Assembly (NCBI GenBank): GCA_951406725.2
Contig: OX597830.1
Coordinates: 73,470,001-73,534,000, forward strand
DNA from: Octopus vulgaris
Taxonomy: Eukaryota
Reading direction: 5' to 3'
Length of the DNA: 64,000 bases
Part shown: one piece after another, positions 57,183 through 64,000 of the stretch
How positions within the stretch are numbered: the first letter of the stretch is position 1
Layout of the letters: the number at the start of each line of letters is the position of its first letter
Made by a program: the position numbers and the translations under genes
Notes under the pieces: model-generated
The model's database searches: none
What the model was told of the DNA's origin: nothing
Seen by the model: only the letters and a program-made list of their open reading frames with translations

Positions 57183-57211
<29 letters not shown>
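56940..57211. repeat. Compound trinucleotide microsatellite (AAC/AAT/GAT/GAG/GAA)
   Basis: Ends in about 35 GAA units. Confidence 0.9.
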
Positions 57212-57213
<2 letters not shown>

Positions 57214-57744
57214 GTTGGAAAAAGACTTGGGATTAGTGTAGACTCCATAAATATCCAATCGGAAAACCCTAGTGGCATTTTGGATAGACAGGGGAGATAA
57301 TTCTTAGTGAAATCGACACCTCCCACCGCCACTTTAGCGGTCACAGCTGTGTAGTTTCTGAACCGTGTTTCACTTCAGATTGGTTGAAGGCAGATTAGGA
57401 GAATTATGGGAATTAAACAGACACCTCACAGGAAGTGGAAATTGAAGTTGAAGAGTTGGAGAGCAGTGGTGGTGGATGTGCGAGGTGGGGTGTGTGTGCA
57501 AAGAGATAGGATGAACTGCGGGTGTGGGGGTAGGAAGAAAGAAATGGAGAAAGGACTGGAGAAAAGTTTTTTTTTTTTTTTTTTTTAAAAAAAAGGCAAA
57601 CTGAAAAAGGGACAATAAGGAAATAGGAAGTAAAAACGGAAAAATGTGAGATAAATGAATAAAGAAAAAAAAAGCATTTTATCGTAACGATGATAAAAGC
57701 CATATCAGCTTGAAATTACATATCTCACATGTAGATATGTAAGG

Positions 57745-58140
57745 TGTATGTATGCATGCATGCATGCATGTATGTATGTATGTATGTATGTATGTATGCA
57801 TGTATACAAGTATGTATGTATGTATGTTTGTATGTATGTATGTATGTATGCAGGTATGTATGTATGTATGTATGTATGCATGCATGTTGTATGTATGTAT
57901 GTATGTATGTATGTATGTATGTATGCAGGTATGTATGTATGCATGTATGTATGCATGCATGTATGTATGTATGTATGTATGTATGTATGTATGTATGTAT
58001 GTATGTATGCATGCATGTATGCATGCATGCATGTATGTATGTATGTATGTATGCATGTATGTATGCATGCATGTATGTATGTATGTATGTATGCATGTAT
58101 GTATGTATGTATGTATGTATATATGCAGGTATGTATGTCT
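57745..58140. repeat. (TATG)/(CATG) microsatellite
   Basis: Directly visible. Confidence 0.95.
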
Positions 58141-58362
58141 ATTCTTTTACTCTCTTTTACATGTTTCAGTCATTTGACTGCGGCCATGCTGGAGCAACGC
58201 CTTTAGTCGAGTAAATCGACCCCAGGACATATTCTTTGCAAGCCTAGTAGTTATTTTATCGGATTCTTTTGCCGAATATGGGGACGTAAACACACCAGCA
58301 TCGGATGTCAAGTGATGTTAGGGGAACAAACACAGACACACTGACATATACAAACACATACG

Positions 58363-58393
<31 letters not shown>

Positions 58394-58632
58394 TTATACG
58401 ACAGGCTTCTTTCTGTTTCTGTCTACCAAATCCACTCACAAAGCTTTAGTCGGGCCGAGGCTATTGTAGAAGACACTTGCCCAAGGTGCCACGCAATGGG
58501 ACTGAACCCGGAACCATGTGGTTGACAAGCAAGCTACTTACCACACAGCCTAGACACCATTGTTTACAGGTTTTTTGTTTGTGGTTCGAGAATTACTATT
58601 ACAAGAAACAATGACTCACTCTTTCTCTCTCT

Positions 58633-58680
<48 letters not shown>

Positions 58681-58683
58681 GTA

Positions 58684-58726
<43 letters not shown>

Positions 58727-58762
58727 ATATCTGTGTGTATGTATGTATGTATATATATATAC

Positions 58763-58793
<31 letters not shown>

Positions 58794-59058
58794 TGTATGT
58801 ATGTATGTATGTATATATGCAGGTATGTATGTCTATTCTTTGTACTCTCTTATTACATGTTTCAGTCATTTGACTGCAGCCATGCTGGAGCAACGCCTTC
58901 GATTCGAGTAAATCGACCCCAGGACATATTCTTTGCAAGCCTAGTAGTTATTTTATCGGATTCTTTTGCGAATATGGGGACGTAAACACACCAGCATCGG
59001 ATGTCAAGTGATGTTAGGGGAACAAACACAGACACACTGACATATACAAACACATACG

Positions 59059-59089
<31 letters not shown>

Positions 59090-59343
59090 TTATACGACAG
59101 GTTAAATATTCATTCTGTCTACCAAATCCACTCACAAAGCTTTAGTCGGGCCGAGGCTATTGTAGAAGACACTTGCCCAATTTGCCACTGTAGCAATGGG
59201 ACTGAACCCGGAACCATGTGGTTGACAAGCAAGCTATTCTGACCACATCAGCCTAGACACCATTGTTTACAGGTTTTGGTTGTTTGTGGTTCGAGAATTA
59301 CTATTTGTTGGACAAGAAACAATGACTCACTCTTTCTCTCTCT

Positions 59344-59391
<48 letters not shown>

Positions 59392-59394
59392 GTA

Positions 59395-59437
<43 letters not shown>

Positions 59438-59456
59438 ATATCTGTGTGTATGTATG

Positions 59457-59498
<42 letters not shown>

Positions 59499-59500
59499 TG
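58121..59500. repeat. ~694-bp tandem duplication, each unit containing a SINE B (minus)
   Basis: atatgcaggtatgtatgtctattc at 58121 and 58815; SINE, unique flank and microsatellites are all repeated. Confidence 0.9.
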
Positions 59501-59643
59501 TATATATACATGTAGATGTAGGTACGTACATATATGTATGTATGCTTATATTCTATTCATTACATTATTGTATGACTGATCTTCGTCGATTCGATTCGAC
59601 CTTCGATTCGTTCCGTTTCGTTTCGTTTCTTCTTCTCCCAGTA

Positions 59644-59768
<125 letters not shown>

Positions 59769-59825
59769 CATACATATATATATATACGCATGAATATATA
59801 TATACTCTCTTATTCTATTCTTTTA

Positions 59826-60020
59826 TTCTTTTACTTGCTTCAGTCATTTGACTGCGGCCATGCTGGAGTACCGCCTTTAGTCGAATAAATCGACTCCAGG
59901 ACTTATTCCTTGTAAACCTAGTACTTATTCTAGCGGTATTTTTTTTTGCCAAAGCGCTAAGTTACTTGGACATAAATACCCGAACATCGGTTGTCAAAGG
60001 ATGATGGAGGGACAAACAGA
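59826..60020 (-). mobile_element. SINE B 3' half
   Basis: cagtcatttgactgcggccatgctggag tail. Confidence 0.8.
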
Positions 60021-60676
60021 CACACAAACACACACACACAAACGTACACATATATATATATATACACACACACACACATATATACGCATATATATGTGTT
60101 TGTATGTATGCATATATGCATGTATATATGTGTGTGTGTGTGTGTATGTGTCTGTATAATTATGCATACACACACACACACACAAACATGTATATGTAGT
60201 GTACTGTTCCGTGATGGTAAGATCGACAAAAATATTACTCCATCTGGTGAAAGATAAATATTAGTTAATAAACACAATTTATGTATTTATAAGCTACTAA
60301 TAGTTTCACGCGATGGAAACAACTTAGACTGGGAAGCGATGAAAACGAGGAGGCACTTTTACGTAGGGTACAGTAAGTACGCCCTGAGTGATGGGCATTA
60401 AAATCTCAGAGCGATTAATGAAGGGTGGAAGGCGTTAATCCCGATAAGAAACATGTACAACTTTAAGTTGGCCAAAACCCAACGTACCTGTCTCTTCAGC
60501 ACCGACGTTCTACATGTACTTTTAAATACAAGTGAAACGTGGGCTACTACGAGAAACTTGAGCTCCTACTAATGCAAGTGAAGCGAGAGCTACAACATCG
60601 ATTAGCTACGAAAAATAGGGCCATGGCAAGATCCCTGCTAAGATTGCCATTGCGAGAGCATATCCGAAATAATGTA

Positions 60677-61560
60677 CAAGGGGGTACCCATAAATAGTAG
60701 GAAACGTTCTCTGTGGGACAAGCCCGTTGTAGTTCAGGTTTCTGCCGCTAGAATCCTCTTGATGCAACTCTTAAGTATCAGTCTGCCAAGCGGCGTCGTC
60801 TCCTGTGCTTCTGTGCCACGTGGTGAGCCTTTGTTTTGCAGTGCTTCTCCTCTGTTTGTCGATTTTTGCGATGGCTGAAACGAAGGAACAGCGTGAAATT
60901 CTGTTCTGTGCTTGGGGAAACGGCGGCCGAAACAGTTGTTATGTTTTAAACAGTTTACAAGGACACTGCCATGGGCAAAAGACAAGCTTACAAGTTTCCA
61001 CACTTTAGGAATGGTCACTTCTCGCTTGAAGACCAATCTCGTTCAGGACGACCTACGACCACCCGAACGAGTGAAAATTCACAAACTGATCTTGGAGAAC
61101 CGTCACCGAACAATTGACGAACTTGTTGACATGATTGGTGTATCCTGGAGCTCTTGCCAGCGAATTTTGAGCAAAGAATAACGATTGAAAAGAGTTGCAG
61201 TAAAATTTGTGCCTCGCTTGCCCACGGAAGTTCAAAAGCAGCCACGACTGAATGCGTGTTGTCAACTGAAAGAACAGTTGGAAGTTGATGCGGAACTTTT
61301 TTCAAAGACCATCACTGGTGATGAAAGCAGGTGCTATGGAATTTGCAGATGTGGAAGAGGTGAAGGAAAAAAACAACAGAGGCTTTAACAGGCATCACTT
61401 CGCAAGAGTTCCAGCACTGCTTCGAACAGTGAAAAACGTGCCTAGACCGATGCATTACTTGAAATGGAGAATATTTTGAAGGGGATAAAAGTGTAAACAT
61501 GTAAAACTAAGTGAATAGAATAATATGGCAAAATTCCAGTTTCTTTGGGTACCCCAGTCG
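60677..61560 (+). mobile_element. mariner (DD34D-type) element, internally deleted
   Basis: TA TSD; TIRs caagggggtacccataaa / tttgggtaccccagtcg; MAETKEQR..., KFVPRL, ITGDES, CFEQ...DRCI...GEYFEG. Confidence 0.85.
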
Positions 61561-62082
61561 TATTTCGAGAACGAAGCAGAGTGAAGAAGGTGATCGCAAA
61601 ATACTGAAAGCACCAGTTCAGCTGGGCCAGACATACCGCAAAATTCAAAGATAACGGGTGACGAAGTGCAGTTGCCGCCTGGTATGAAGGTGATTGGAAA
61701 AAGCTATGCGGAAGGCCTCCCTGACGATGGGAAGTCGATTTAAATAAACGACTTTTTGCCCAGATGGAATAGAAGAGAGCATGGAAAACCGAATTGGAAG
61801 TGTATTAGCTGTTTATCTTAAAACAAAGTCAGTGTCTGACCTGCGCGCGCATACCACTCAGAACGAAGTTTATAATCTACCCTGGGTTATCTCACTTCGG
61901 TATCTCCTACTGAGGAAGGTCAAAAAATCAGAAACGCGCCTAAGAGTTTGACAGGGGACAACACTGAAGAAATGTTTTCACATTTCGGGGTCGATAAATT
62001 AAGTACCAGTTGCATACTCGGTTCGATCTAATTGACTGGCCCTTCCCCCCAAATTTCGGGCCTTGTGCCTAGAGTAGAAAAG

Positions 62083-62151
<69 letters not shown>

Positions 62152-62370
62152 CAATTTAGCTAAATGTTAAATAACCACATAAGAGATATAATATCCAAAG
62201 AATTTACTGGGGTTTTTTGCCTATATCTATAACAATTCTTGAAAAAAATGGTTTTAATAACGTAGTGGAAACAGGTGTAATTTATGAGATGTGTCATTTG
62301 TTTGTATAAAATAATTAAATTGAATTGAATTTATCATTTAATTTTTCATTTCATTGTTTTGGATTCCATT

Positions 62371-62445
<75 letters not shown>

Positions 62446-62496
62446 TGTAAACCAAAACAATTAAATGAAAACTTAATTTAATCATTAAATGATTAA

Positions 62497-62590
62497 TGCG
62501 TGGCACCTTGGCTAGTTTCTTCTACTGTAGCCCCGGACCGACCAAAGCCTTGTGAGAGGATTTGGTTGACGGAAACTGATAGAAGCGTGT

Positions 62591-62659
<69 letters not shown>

Positions 62660-62870
62660 GTGTGTGTGTGTGTGTGTGTTCATAATTGTGTTAATGTATT
62701 TGTCGCTCCCATAAATCGCTTGAAAACGTGTGTTGGTGTGTTTACATCCTCATAACTTAGCGGTTCGGCAAAATAGACCGATAAAAGTTGTACTTGGCAT
62801 AAGAAATACGGCCTAGGGTCGAATTGTTCGACTAAAGAGTGAAACAAGTAAAAGAATAAAAGAATTAAAG
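62497..62870 (+). mobile_element. Diverged SINE B
   Basis: Core, internal microsatellite and partial tail. Confidence 0.7.
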
Positions 62871-62909
62871 AATATATATATATATACAAATATACACACA
62901 CACATATGC

Positions 62910-62942
<33 letters not shown>

Positions 62943-62979
62943 TGTATGTATGTATGTATGTATGTATGTATGTATGTAT

Positions 62980-63019
<40 letters not shown>

Positions 63020-63059
63020 CATATGTATGTGTATATATATATATATGCATACATACATT

Positions 63060-63113
<54 letters not shown>

Positions 63114-63120
63114 CATATAT

Positions 63121-63335
63121 GCGAAAGGGGTCCTGAAGAGTTCCTGACTTTGGGTAGAAGAAAATACAAGAGGATCAGTTAATTATGATTTTATTCAACA
63201 TGTTCCCCTCTTAGACTCACAGACTTACTACAACGGTCCTTCGGGTTTCCTAATCTCTGTAAAACAACTCGGACCTTTGAGCCTCCAAATAGGCTTTTCG
63301 TAACATCTTTAAAACCAGAAACATTCAGCACCCCA
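63121..63335 (-). mobile_element. mariner 3' end remnant
   Basis: TIR-like aggggtcctgaagagttcctg; minus strand ends gaggggaacatgttgaataa (G.HVE*). Confidence 0.6.
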
Positions 63336-63380
63336 CACACCTCCGAATAAATGTACCTAAGAACTATAGCCTACACCAAT

Positions 63381-63588
63381 ACTCTTTTACTTGTTACAGC
63401 GATTTGAATATGGCCATGGTGGAGCACCGTCTTTAGTCGACTTACTCTTTGTAAGCCTAGTACTTATTCTATCGGTTTCTTTTGCCGAACCGCTAGTTTA
63501 CGGGGACGTTAACATACCAGCATCGGGTGTCAAGCGATGTTAGGGACAAACACAGACACACACACACACACAGACACGGACACACACA

Positions 63589-63670
<82 letters not shown>

Positions 63671-63834
63671 CGACGGGCTGCTTTCAGTTTCCGTCTACCA
63701 AATCCACTCACAAGTCTTTGGTCGGCCCGAAGCTATAGTAGAAGACACTCGCCCAAGGTGCCACGCAGTGGGACTGAATCCAGAACCATGTGGTTGGTAA
63801 GCAAGCTACTTACCACACAGCCACTCCTACGCCT
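63381..63834 (-). mobile_element. SINE family B
   Basis: Near-consensus head and core, internal microsatellite, diverged tail. Confidence 0.85.
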
Positions 63835-64000
63835 ATGGGAACTTTCAAGGGACAAAGCCATAGTCTCATAAGTCGCACGAGGACACCGGAGATTACCCTT
63901 AGAAAACAGGATGGCCACTGTTGGAACGCCTTCTTTTAGATCAGTAGCGATTTGAGATAGGTTGGGATGCTAATCAACAGCCCAAACTGTTTGATAGACT

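Noticed and set aside
56912-57241. Poly-N/D/E ORF
   Set aside because: Compound trinucleotide repeat open in several frames; no splice or domain evidence.
60293-60503. Long-stem-II hammerhead candidate on the minus strand
   Set aside because: Core halves are present but stem I and the base of stem II do not pair.
61907-61944. CTGAGGA...GAAACGCG hammerhead candidate
   Set aside because: Cleavage triplet is GCC and the stems are poor; at best a dead relic.

Overview
AT-rich, extremely microsatellite-dense eukaryotic non-coding DNA. The tRNA-derived SINE families resemble those I know from Octopus (coleoid cephalopod); this is inference, not a database result. No host protein-coding exon was recognised, and almost all listed ORFs are artefacts of simple repeats or SINEs. 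The window holds about 45 SINE copies in four families (called A-D here), one 5'-truncated CR1-group LINE with an uninterrupted RT ORF (33.8-35.9 kb, minus), and decayed Tx1/L1, RTE, RLE-type LINE, Penelope-like (PLE), Tc1/mariner, Merlin, Helitron and MITE sequences. Main observations: (1) the LINE and the abundant SINE family B share a ~40-nt 3' tail whose terminal stem-loop shows compensatory changes, suggesting a SINE/LINE partner pair; (2) about nine type-I hammerhead-ribozyme motifs of the PLE type, several with very long stem II, most lying just upstream of (TA)n tracts, including a pair in a ~370-bp inverted repeat; (3) several local inverted duplications, some multi-segment, that would form long dsRNA if transcribed; (4) SINE A occurs as head-to-tail concatemers of a ~180-bp internal unit bounded by a single target-site duplication (TSD).
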